DNA of 63,381 bases, filler included, from Craspedostauros australis (Eukaryota), in NCBI GenBank assembly GCA_030167865.1. It is 24 parts of 24 records of this genome, joined end to end, with 100 filler letters (N's around TTAATTAATTAA, not from the genome) between each part and the next. Parts side by side here need not be neighbours in the genome. Positions count along the whole stretch, not along the records: positions 46,540 to 47,873 come from JALAGF010001003.1; positions 47,974 to 49,348 come from JALAGF010001004.1; positions 49,449 to 51,355 come from JALAGF010001005.1; positions 51,456 to 53,262 come from JALAGF010001006.1; positions 53,363 to 58,365 come from JALAGF010001007.1; 19 more parts are not named here. One strand, 5' to 3'. Shown here piece by piece: positions 46,540-58,465 of this stretch. Below the pieces are notes generated by a model that worked only from the letters and a program-made list of their open reading frames with translations, was not told the origin of the DNA and did not search any database. Both the position numbers and the translations under genes were made by a program. How positions within the stretch are numbered: position 1 is the first letter of the stretch; each line of letters begins with the position of its first letter.

Positions 46540-47873
46540 CGATTTCTCTGGAACGCCGGTTCAGATCCTACCGAGTGTAAGGATGAGATGACGCTGTCTG
46601 CCTCGTCATCCGGATCTGATACCATTGTCGATGGAACGTTGGTTGACTCGGTGTATCCCTTCTGGTCCGTTCCTACCGCGTTGGCTTCGCGATCGATGCC
46701 CAGCTCCCTGTATAGGTGGTCGATGTCTCCCGCGGAGAGATTGTCCACCATGTCGAAAAGGGTGCCTTGGATCGAGATGGCCGTGTCGGTAGCCGATTTC
46801 GCGAACGTTACCGTGTCAATTGCGTGTGTCATTCCGATGAGCTCCTCGAGACTCAGAGTATCAAGGAATGCGTCCACCTTGGGGTACTCCTCGTGTACAC
46901 GGTTGGGCTCTCCTGCGGCGTGCTCGACTGAGTGACGGGCGTTGGGTTCCATGGGTTCTCGTCCTTCCATGGGAATATCCGGGATACCGTCTTTGGTCTG
47001 GCGTGTCCCAGGTTCCATGGGATCCTTCGATGCGTTGTGGGCGTTTGAATCCATCGCTCCAGCGTCATGCGGTGCATCAGGTTGGTCATTCCAGTTGACT
47101 ACCTTGTCTCCTCCGATTGGGTCTCTGGTAAGGTAGCAACCCATGGGCACGTTGCATACGTGTCCTCCTTGGTGATCCGAAGGGTTCCATCCTTGCTTTG
47201 GGGTGATGTCNNNNNNNNNNNNNNNNNNNNNNNNNNNNNNNNNNNNNAAGACGTCGAACGTCATCAGCGCGTCTCGCATCTCCAAGTTGATCGTCGTGTC
47301 TTCGTCAGGCATTAGGCATTGTCGGCCTGTGCCTGGTGTCGTGAACGATGCCCGGTGTTCCGACGAAACCGTATCGAGGACGGCTCCACTAGCCCGAATT
47401 TGGTGGTCGGAGAGCAGCGTCACCCGACTGTCAACGTTCAGAGCGGCTTCGTAGATCCGGAGGATCACTTCATTGCCTTCCCTGGTCCTGGCCTTGATAC
47501 TTGCGTCTACCACCGCGAGGTTGTTCTTCCTCATCGTGCTGGCCACGGCACCGACGATGTTGTACGTCCGNNNNNNNNNNNNNNNNNNNNNNNNNNNNNN
47601 NNNNNNNNNNNNNNNNNNNNNNNNNNNNNNNNNNNNNNNNNNNCATACCGCGTATGTTTGCGGAGAGAAGGTCGCCAGGTTGATCAGCTGTTCGGGTACT
47701 GACTGGTGTTGGTTGGATTCTGGTGGGTCGATGGGACTGGTGGCGTCAGATGAATCACTCATCGTGATCATCTTCACGAGCCGGTCGTTGCCGTTCTCCT
47801 CGTGTCCTCCATAATCCACCAGGAACTTGGCAAGCTCCGAAGCGTCAATCGAGGATAGGTCCGATCCATCCTC
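46540..47873 (-). CDS. CoDi-type copia polyprotein fragment (protease region)
   Basis: YNIVGA..VILRIYEAA..TLLSDHQIRASGAVLDTVSSEH..DITP..WNP pattern typical of diatom CoDi pol. Confidence 0.6.
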
Positions 47874-50456
47874 NNNNNNNNNNNNNNNNNNNNNNNNNNN
47901 NNNNNNNNNNNNNNNNNTTAATTAATTAANNNNNNNNNNNNNNNNNNNNNNNNNNNNNNNNNNNNNNNNNNNNTTTTGGATTGTTCTCACCTAGTCGCTC
48001 CGCCCATGCACGTTTCTTCGCAAATCGGATTGCTGTTGTTGTCTGACGTGAACTTTGCCTCCAAACCGCTTCTGGCGAAAGGCAACGGAGCGTTTTGTCG
48101 ACTTGTTGCTTCGATTGTTCGCCGCTTCCACATGGTCTTCGCGGAGGCTTCTTCGTTTGTGTTGGCATCCCTCTCATCTGATCCGAACTCCCAGCAATGA
48201 TCACATCAATGCAGGTCTTCATCGCGGTTGTTGCCTCCCTCCTGTAATCGGATACTGCCTGCATCGTCGCGCCACCAACTGCTACAAATGCTGCGACGAC
48301 TATTGAGATGGTAGCGATAACTCGTGTGATTTGAAGTCGTCACTATTGTATTATATCTACTGTTACTGTTGCCAATGTCGTGGCTGCTTCGTGATGGTGG
48401 CTTGAAGTCCTGCTGTTGCTGCGATTGCTGTCGTTGTCGTCGATGCCGTGGTTGATTTGGGTTGGCAATCCTTTGGCTTCTGTTGTTGATGCCACGCTTT
48501 TCCGTGAACGACCGCATCCTCCGTGCTCTGCATGCCACTACGATCACTCCTCCTTGCGCGTTTCGCTCCCGCGCTGTGGATCATGTACTAATTGGCAATG
48601 ACGATGCGGTGGCTATTTGGCACGTGTGCATGATCGCCCAGCGTTCCTTCACACTCATGAGCAAACAATGCAATTGAGCCCATCACAGGGCATGTAATCA
48701 TAATATTCATCCTGTTGCGCGATACACAGATGAAGCCCATTGGTGAATTACTGCGAATAGAGTAAGTGTGCGCGTTCAAGTGCATCATGCGAAGAACAGA
48801 GCAGGTGTGATTCAATGATGGCAAAGCAGCCTATTTGCACTCATGACTGATACCACTGGTTGCCTGATCTGCGCACTGAATGAAGCAACACTGGCATGGC
48901 TGGAAAAGAGGTGACGCGAAGAAGTGTCGACAGCGTATGAGCACGAACAGAAGCACCAAACAAGACTTGTGGTTGTTTTGCATGTATTCATAAGGGGGGC
49001 AGACACAAAGTATTCTATTGTATAATATGCTGGAGTAGAGCAGAGCCGAGTAGTGCAGAGTCTTTGTTCTGATATGAGCAAGAGCGTGAAGAGTACCAGC
49101 CAAAGCATTCATCATGCCATGCGTCGGTTTTGGGGTTGGTGCCAACACATCGCCACACACCAAACTTGCGCTGTGTGCTCAAGTCGGCATGCGAAGAAAT
49201 GTGCTGTTTGATTGCATTGCCACGTCTCCAGGACTGTTGCAATGCGTGTGGTGAAGTGCTGGCACGCTCTTCTCCTTCCACCACGCAGAGAACGTTCTGG
49301 CATTCCGTTCTCAGCCTCAACATGACATCCTGGCGAAAGGCGAGAACCNNNNNNNNNNNNNNNNNNNNNNNNNNNNNNNNNNNNNNNNNNNNTTAATTAA
49401 TTAANNNNNNNNNNNNNNNNNNNNNNNNNNNNNNNNNNNNNNNNNNNNAGTTTTGTTGTGTTTCTCCATTGTCGTGTTGTTGTGTTGTGTTTGGTGTTCT
49501 CAAACAGTTTTTGCTGTTGGGGGCCATGGAAACTAACCACAAATCTACCGAATGCGCTCATCAATGAGAACACTTTGCGAGTCCCGAATTGCGAATCCAT
49601 TCCACAACGATACAGCGGAGGCACAAAATCCTCCTCACAAAGTTGACAGAGGAAACACAGCGCATCTCAAACNNNNNNNNNNNNNNNNNNNNNNNNNNNN
49701 NNNNNNNNNNNNNNNNNNNNNNNNNNNNNNNNNNNNNNNNNNNNNNNNNNNNNNNNNNNNNNNNNNNNNNNNNNNNNNNNNNNNNNNNNNNNNNNNNNNN
49801 NNNNGTTCTGTGGTGCGCTGCGCCGTGCTGCGCGTCAATGACTGGTGATGCGCTGTGCTGTGCTGTGCTGTTCTCCTTGTGTGCCTGATGCGCGTCATGA
49901 CCAGCCAATCTCGTACAATTAGCTTGCAACCTCTATTGGCACACAGTTAGTATTCACCATGAGTTCCCTTGTTGTTAGGCCATGTGTACTGAATCAATCC
50001 AATCGTTGTTCGAGTTTTGAGTCCTTTGTGTCAATCACACTTCGATTCGAAAGATCCAAGAAAACTACTCGANNNNNNNNGGAAAATGTGATGCGGGTTT
50101 CAGACCCAAGACAAAATTAGGAAGATGATCCAAGAGGATCAAAGAGACTCTATTAGACCTCCAAACATGTGTCATAGCACATGTTTGGACACAGATACAC
50201 TAATTAGCAGGAGTAACCAGAAGTTTGACATGGTTACAACACAATGGACAATGGTGAATAGCACCATTAGTCGAGCCAAGAAGTAGAAAACAGGAAGATG
50301 ATGAGCTCTTATTGATGAGCTCATAATCTCAACAAACTTAACTTTGTAAACCATCACTTCAAACAAGCACACACAATAACACAGTTCTATCAACCTTCAC
50401 CAACATTGGACGTAGTTGTATCATCCCGCAATCACTGTACTCTGCACCTCACAAGC

Positions 50457-51355
50457 ATGTTGCGCGCTGGGGATTGTGTGAAGGTGGCACCCCACACGGA
50501 CTCAAATGACAAGATCCGTGACCTGGGCATATGCCATGTCCAGTTTCCAATGAAGCAGACCACAGACGGCGCTACCATCCAACGCGATGGGCCTCTCGCA
50601 CCAGGAGAGGTGGCAATGGTCATGGTGACTCCAGTGATGGGGCAGAGCCAAATGTACATTGTTCACAAGGATCTGTGCACACCACACAGCCTCGCTACCG
50701 TTGCAAGGGCTTGCAATGCTGGTGGCCTACATATGCCTTCCCTGCTTTCTCCACACCATCACTCTGTCGCTGTTATGCGTGTCAACAACAAGGCTAAGCC
50801 CCCCACACCATCCCCAACGACCACGGAATCGCAAGAGGCCAACATCACAGCTTTTCTCAAGGTCTCACATCTGCAGAAGGCAACAGCCATCGCCTGCCTC
50901 ACAAAGCAGATGAAGAAAGGGGAGGAAACAAAAGGATGGCTGCGAAAGGATGGAGGGCATAGCAACACTAACCCTACCAACAGAAAGAAACAACTTGATA
51001 AGCAAGACAAGCAGAACTATATCATTCTCTACTTCAATTTGGGCGACATCAAAGCCAAGACGAAATTGATCGCCCACGCTTGGGACATTCACCCTGCCAC
51101 TATCAACCGCAACATCAAGAACTTCCAACAGAACAAGGCGGAACGGAAGAAGCGCAGTGATGCTGGTGGCACCATCTTCACGAGCGCCCAGAAACAAAAG
51201 GAATGCTTCACACCGCGTGCTGCCTTTGCCAAGCAGTTGAGGCTTAAGCATCCAGGACAACAGTTGACAAACACAGAAATCTCTTGTGCATTTGCCTCTG
51301 CTTCGCCTGAAGAGCTGGCATCCGCAAAAGCCCTGTCTGATTCGTGGTTGGAGCG
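50457..51355 (+). CDS. Possible DNA-transposon protein N-terminus (HTH plus RKKRSDAG), 3' partial
   Basis: IAHAWDIHPATINR helix-turn-helix-like segment then ERKKRSDAG; CpG-poor. Confidence 0.4.
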
Positions 51356-52625
51356 NNNNNNNNNNNNNNNNNNNNNNNNNNNNNNNNNNNNNNNNNNNNT
51401 TAATTAATTAANNNNNNNNNNNNNNNNNNNNNNNNNNNNNNNNNNNNNNNNNNNNCCGTACGCAGTGTGACCGTTGGTGTATCAAAGATGACACCAGCCG
51501 CACTGGACAGGCGCACGTCAACGCGCAGGTTAGCGGCATCGACATGCGCCAAAGTTGGAACAAGGTTGCTGTCCACNNNNNNNNNNNNNNNNNNNNNNNN
51601 NNNNNNNNNNNNNNNNNNNNNNNNNNNNNNNNNNNNNNNNNNNNNNNNNNNNNNNNNNNNNNNNNNNNNNNNNNNNNNNNNNNNNNNNNNNNNNNNNNNN
51701 NNNNNNNNNNNNNNNNNNNNNNNNNNNNNNNNNNNNNNNNNNNNNNNNNTTTCGCCCTTGATTGTTGCTTTGGCGGGGATGGAGGACATGGTGTTGATGG
51801 TAGCAAAGGAGGTTGATTGATTGATTGATTGATCGATTGATTGATCGATGAACGGCACTGTAGAACGCTGAATGAAAGCGGGTGGAGGAGGTGATGCCGA
51901 TAGAGGTGTTGGATGCAGCAGCGAGAACAACAACCACCAATGTCACTAGTGCTCTCACTACTCATACTACAACCGCAGCACAACAGATACAATGAGCATC
52001 GCATCGGCGGAGGCACCTTTGGAATGAAGCAAAAAATGTGACGGTTTTTGTGTCGGCGTGGCGACGATGTGTGCGTGCGCATGTGATGATGTGTGTGTTG
52101 TCCACAAGCGGAAAATGTCAATCGATTCCGGAGCAGCTAACGGTGTGTAACGTGTCCCAAACGAACGAGGAGGAAGGAAAAAGCTGGAGACACCAACGTG
52201 AATGGACACCAATTGTTATTAACTCGGAACATCAAAGAACCTTCGACAAAACTACATTGTGGAATGCTACGTTTGACCCATACGACTCCAAATATTTGCT
52301 GGTCCATAAAACTTAAACTATAAACTTTAAGTTTCTGGGTAATTTTCCTGTTGCTATGGAAACTATAATGAGTTGATTGGTATGATTAGTTTTATTGTAA
52401 TCGAAGAAAAAGTGCCACTCTACTTTACAAACGGTAGGTCGACTCACTCACATGGCTCATACTTCAGTGCGAAGCTGGCTTGTTGTCTTGTTTCGCTGAT
52501 CTGTTCTTGTGGTTTGGGTTGGCTTGCGTCACTCCGTGCGAAGTAGTTTTGNNNNNNNNNNNNNNNNNNNNNNNNNNNNNNNNNNNNNNNNNNNNNNNNN
52601 NNNNNNNNNCGATAAATTCTTGAGT

Positions 52626-52750
52626 TTTGTCCGGTCTGTCCGGTTGATTCGTTTGTTTTGTCCGGTCTGTCCGGTCATTTTGTCCGGTTTGTCCGGTCAT
52701 TTTGTCCGGTCTGTCCGGTCTGATCTAGTTTCTCCGCTTTTGTCCGGTCT
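52626..52750. repeat. TGTCCGGT short-repeat array
   Basis: About 9 copies of TGTCCGGT; GTATCGCGGT x3 at ~52918-52970. Confidence 0.85.
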
Positions 52751-53178
52751 CTCCGTGCCTGGACCAACGACAATTGAAGAGAAATAGCGTAACCCTATCT
52801 ACGATTTTCAGGATTTCAGGCGATTCACTTTTCTGTCTCAACTCAGTGTATTAAATCCCGGTAAATTAGGTCACAAGCTAGAAAAGTGAAAATCGGACAA
52901 AATGTTGGGTGTTCCTGGTATCGCGGTATCCTGCTGTCGTAGTATCGCGGTATCCTCGTGGTATCGCGGTGGTATTCCTGTGACGTCATAGTTTTGGGTC
53001 GTGATTCCGCCACCAAATATTCCTGATGATGGCGCGCAAGTGTGACTGATGCATACACATCCGAGTACACACATTCCGACAGAAATGGACCAGCCCAACA
53101 AACAGCCATCGACAATGCAGCTGCAGCCTGGGAGGCACAGATTTGGGATCTCCAGGTCGAGGGGCTCACATGCGAGCA

Positions 53179-53262
53179 TGTTGGCAAGTTCCGCTCACGG
53201 TAACCTACGATCGTGGAAGATGGTGTTGGTTGATAGTCTTCTGTTTGCTATTTCATTACTTG
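53179..53262 (-). repeat. LTR family A end
   Basis: TGTTGGCAAGTTCCGCTCACGG. Confidence 0.92.
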
Positions 53263-53528
53263 NNNNNNNNNNNNNNNNNNNNNNNNNNNNNNNNNNNNNN
53301 NNNNNNTTAATTAATTAANNNNNNNNNNNNNNNNNNNNNNNNNNNNNNNNNNNNNNNNNNNNGACGCTCTCAACCTCATCGTGTGATCACTGATCGACGC
53401 AGAGCTTCATCTTGTGGTTGGTTCTTCATCCAAACAGGGAGAAGAGGGACAGACAGATATTTCATAGTATCTTTTAATATATTCCAGAAAGCAACCCCAA
53501 CACATCGCAAGCAGCAGCACGAAGAGCC

Positions 53529-55415
53529 ATGTCGGAAGAAGCCGCACATGCCGATGCGGCGCCGGAGGAGGACGACCCCAACGACGATTCCGTCGTGCTG
53601 CCGCGCAAGCTGACTGCGGATGAGACGCGCGAGCTCAAGATCGCCTTGCTCCCCTTCTTCCATGCGTCTTCGGACGCAGGGGGAAACAGCACGGAGGATT
53701 TCTCCGACTTTCTGGATTACGCATTCGCCATGGTCTCCAATTCCAAGTCCGTCAACTACATCGTCAAGGAGCTCGTTGGGATGGAGATGGACTTCTGCAA
53801 GGAGCCGCTGGCCAACAAGATCGGGGAGCAGCTCACCAATCTCCTGCAGAACTTGATCGACAAGGACAACGAGGCGGCCGGCGGCGGCGACGTTCATGAT
53901 GCCAATGGCGACGGCGATGCTGCACCTGCTGAAAGCGAGGGGGATGACAAGGTATGTTCATTGTGTGCCGTTCCATCGCGCTGTGTTTGTTTGCACCGTC
54001 TTGATCCATGAATGCATGTATATATGCATGTATATATGCATGTATGTGTGTGCTCATGCGGTTGGCCTTTGGCTCTGCAATACTGCTCTGACGGATCCAA
54101 CCACTAACCCATCCATCAACCATCATCCATCAATTGTCACCATGTGCAAACGCTGTTCGCATTCACCAACTTGCCATACCCATGTGCTCACCATCCATTC
54201 TCTCTCATGATGATGCAGTCTGCTGCCGCTTCGAAGAACGCGCTGCTCATGGCAGGTGCATTGGAGGCTCCACGCCAAGGTGGCAAGGGGAACAAACCGA
54301 AGAAGGACGACAAAACCAAGGGCCCCAAGAAGTCCAAAGACAAGGACAAGGACAAAGACGGCAACAGGGATGATGGCAAGGCCGGTCGTGGCGGACGCAA
54401 CCGTGACCGCGATGGCGACAGAAGGTCGGACCGTCGCCAACGTGATGACCGTCAACGCGATGACCGCCAACGTGATGGCAACCGCCGTGGCGATGACCGC
54501 AGAGGTCGCTCACGGCAGTCGGAAGCATTCGATCGTCTCGCCAACGATGATCACGGCAGACGGGACCGACGCCAACCTCGTGGCCGTGATGCGGAACGAT
54601 GGGATGACCGGCGAGGTCGTGGTCCACGACGTGCTCGCGGCGAGTCCGGCAACCGCCGATCGCGTGACGATTTCGAACGTGAGCCAGACTACGTCCCAGC
54701 AGGCCGCGGAGGCGGGCGTGGTCCCAAGATGGCCCGACGAGATGACGGGTACCACGAGGGCGGTGGACGAGGCAGAGGCCGTGGCGGAAGAGGCGGCAGA
54801 GGCCGAGGCCGAGGCAGGGGTGGTTACCGACACGGAGGCGACGACTACCACGAGTACAACGATTACTCACAGGGCTACGACGAGTACAACGACTACGACG
54901 GTTACGACGATCCGGGATACGGATACGGTGGTCGTGGTGGTGGAAGAGGCGGCAGAGGCGGCTACGGATACCACGAGGGTGGTGGCGGCAGACGCGGAGG
55001 CCGCGGGGGCAGAGGTCGTGGCAGAGGACGCGGTGGACGAGGCGGCAGAGGCCGTGGCGATCACGCCGAGCATCATCATCAGGGCGAGGGCCAAGATCAC
55101 CAAGGCGAGCAGAAGCCTGCCGAAAGCGGTGGCGGCAACAACGCCCAAGGCGGGGACGGATCCGGGGACGCTTCGGCTGCTCATCCATCCCCAATCGTCC
55201 AGGCTGGATACTCCACAGGCTTCTCCGGATACTCTTACCGCGGACGTGGTTACAGAGGCCGTGGTCGCGGTCGTGGCAGAGGCAGGGGATTCCCTGGCCG
55301 TGCCGAAGTCGTCAACATGATGGCTTCCAAAACATGGGTGCGCAAGAAGCCAGAAGAATCTGCCGCAGCAGACGGCGGTGGCGGCGGTGATGCACCACCC
55401 GCCGCCGATGCCTGA
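53529..55415 (+). CDS. PWI/Nab2-N-like domain plus RGG-rich RNA-binding protein; exons 53529-53951 and 54219-55415
   Basis: AAG|GTATGT donor and GCAG| acceptor, both phase 0; DFLDYAFAMVSNSKSVNYIVKEL; extensive RG/RGG repeats. Confidence 0.75.
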
Positions 55416-56320
55416 GGTTCAGCTTCAGCTGGACCGACCAAGCGAGCGAGAAAGCTCAATATGAAATGAATCCAACTGGACGAAACAAAATCATGTCAAG
55501 TGTGTTGTTGAAAATGAAGAAGCAAAGAAATGCAAAAACAAACAGAAAAGAAAAGAACAAAGAGATGGAGTGATTCAGCGGCATGGCGTCGAATGATCGT
55601 TTTCGTTGCACGATCATCCCTCCACCGTTCGCAATCACCCACAAGAAACAAAGAAAAATTAAATGAATGGCATTACACACCAAAAAAAGAAAAACCAAAA
55701 CAATACAAAAATGACATGAAATGAAATGAAACCCACACACTTGCCATCCCGACATCCTGCACTTTCCCTCACAGACACACCCAAAGAAATAGGCGGAGGA
55801 ATCCACGGAGGCGCAGACTCCATGCTGGGAGCCAAGATACGAACAGAGCCTCGTGTAGAAGGGCGACGGCACGAATCCGCAGATGAGATGGGCGGTTACA
55901 CGACGTCCGAATATGTATCTCCCGACAGGAAGGAGCAACAAGAAGCGGCATGCACGAGGGGGGCCTGGCCGATTGGCCATTGTTCAAGGCGCGCGAAGGG
56001 GGTCTGAAATGTGTGTGTGTGTGATGCGCTGTTGTTGATGAGATCTGTCGTTGCATGATGTTCCATTATTGCGCATACGATTAACATTCCTGACGACCTG
56101 TGCAAGTGGCTCATGATTCCATCATGTTGAATTCATTCCATTTGTACTAATATATGAATGGGCACGCATCAAGCATTTTGCGTGCCACTCTATGCTCGCA
56201 TGATCTCACACGCCATCCATGAAAGGATGAGCACGTACGTCTAACAATCTTGCAATTTGAATATCCATATTTACCCAGATTCGAAGCACCCGCTCTCCAT
56301 GGCTCGTTCCATCGCATGTG

Positions 56321-57696
56321 TCATGCCTGAATATCGGCAAGAACATGCAAGCTGAGCGGCAAGAGGTACGGCACGATCTCATGCACACCCTTGGGGTTGC
56401 CAGGAAGGTTGGCGATGAAGGTGCGGTTGTTGTTCAGGATTCCGCTCGTGCCCCGCGACAAGGCAGCCAAAGGCTGGATCTTTGAGGTTTCGGCAGTGCA
56501 GAAGGACATCAATCCAGCGCACTCGTGACGCAGCATTTCTTTCGTGGCTTCCGGCGTGATATCCCGCAGCGCAAATCCGGTGCCACCAGATGTGAGGATC
56601 ACGTTGACACCGCCGGCATCACCATCCTCGTTGGCCCACTGTTCGATGGCACCTTGAATGGCGGACTTGTCATCTGGAACGATTTTCTTTTGAACGTTGG
56701 TCAGCTGAACATTTGGCGAGTCCTTACGAAGACCCTCGATGCATGATGTGACCGCATCCTCAACGGCCGGGCCCGACAAATCGCCCGTTTCGTACTCGCC
56801 CTTGGATGCACGATCGCTGACTATGAGGATACCGAGTGAGATCTTGATCTCAGTCGCTGGTGGCGCCGGTGGTTGATACGGCGGCAGCTCACGGAATTTC
56901 TTCTTTTGTGGTGGGGCTGATGTTGGCGCTGGCGCTGGAGCGTCCGGAACATCTTGGCAGCAAACGTTGGATTGCAGCGATTTGGTTGTTGCTGGCATTG
57001 TTCCTGCCGGCGCCTTGGATTCGTTGGACGGCTGTTGCTGCTGTTGAGCGTCGCTCTCAGTTGCAGTCAACTTTTTCTCCAGCAATTTCTTGTCATGCTT
57101 TGCCCACAATGGTTTGCTCGCATTGAACCGGTCCATTTGATCGTCAGACGCTTTCTTCGAATGCCTTGCCTTCCAGTCCTTGTAGTGCATGCCGTACACG
57201 TACTTCGCAGCCTCATCGTATCCCAAGCCATTGAGGAGAGCGATGGTTTTAGCATCATGGTTGCTGCTGCTGCCGCTGGTGATGCCGTCCGTAGTCTTTG
57301 CCTCCGCCGCAATCTTTCGTGCCTCCAAGACCATCCACTGATGGCCAGCGCAACAAGCAGACACAGGGAATGCCCGAAGTTCATCGAAATTGATTGCATC
57401 ATGAGAGTATTTGAGGTGAGAAAGGCTTACTTCGAGCATGCGAAATCATGTGGCCATGCATCCTTCTCCACCTGCACTGTTTCACAGCTGATGAAACCAC
57501 AAAGCAAAGACCTCGAGACGCTCACCTTCGCCAAGCAATTGCGGCAGAATCCCGTGAGGGTCATCATGTCGATGTTCTGCACTTCATCGCTGCGTTCCCT
57601 CAGATGCGCGCACACGCTTCGGAATGCTCCGGCTTCCAAACGCTCGATTACATCCCGCGGGATGTGCGTTGTGATGTAGTCGTCGTTGCTGGACAT
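56321..57696 (-). CDS. mogA: DUF1244-MogA/Cnx1G (molybdopterin adenylyltransferase) fusion; exons 57696-57526 and 57337-56321
   Basis: EAGAFR..HLRER..VQNIDMMTLTGFCRNCLAK|W..YVYGMHYKDWKARH; then VSDRAS..DLSGP, TSGGTGFALRDITPEAT, ALSRG, NLPGNPKG; phase-0 GT..AG intron. Confidence 0.88.
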
Positions 57697-58465
57697 TGTC
57701 GTCGCCGTTTCTTGTCTCTGGTACTTCAGGGGGTGTCGTGTTGGCGTGGATAGAGTAGGTACACGCTTGTATTGTGCGATAGTGGTGGATCTGCTCTTGG
57801 GTGATCCATTGATTGCGTCCCATCACCGCAGACACAACCACCAATCAACAAGCGAAAGCGAAGGATACGGTGGTGATGTTGGCCGTTCTTTTGGCTTCGC
57901 CATGGTCGATGAATCCAGAACTGTCTTCTGGATCAGTTGAGCCCAAAAATGTCGTCTCCAATTTGATCGAACGGGTCAATCTCATGATTGTCTCATTTCA
58001 CAAAAGATCGCGGAGATTCCTGTTGGACAGAAGGAACTCCCCGTTCCTGTACGATGAATCATGAGGTGCTCCATTCATTCATCATCTAGGTCTGCAACTG
58101 TATCTACGTCTGTATCTACAACCTCACATCAACACAAGGCGCAGGATCCGATACAAAGAGGCGTTCTGCAAGTGTTGGTTGATAGCAAGGGCCAGAACAT
58201 CTGCATGTACAAAGGGCGGTGGTTGCTGCTAGGTCGGCAGCGACCGCCGCGCACGTTCCTGTCATCATAGTAGGGGCCACAAACAATGCCCTTGGGAGTG
58301 GCAGAAGACTGGTGGTACATGGAACAAAGCCAATTGGTATTACTGATGAGTGCTATTGCTGTATANNNNNNNNNNNNNNNNNNNNNNNNNNNNNNNNNNN
58401 NNNNNNNNNTTAATTAATTAANNNNNNNNNNNNNNNNNNNNNNNNNNNNNNNNNNNNNNNNNNNN

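Noticed and set aside
47974..49348. Coding gene in this contig (also 21957-23047 and 60957-61760)
   Set aside because: Only short ORFs with no recognisable motifs; left unannotated.
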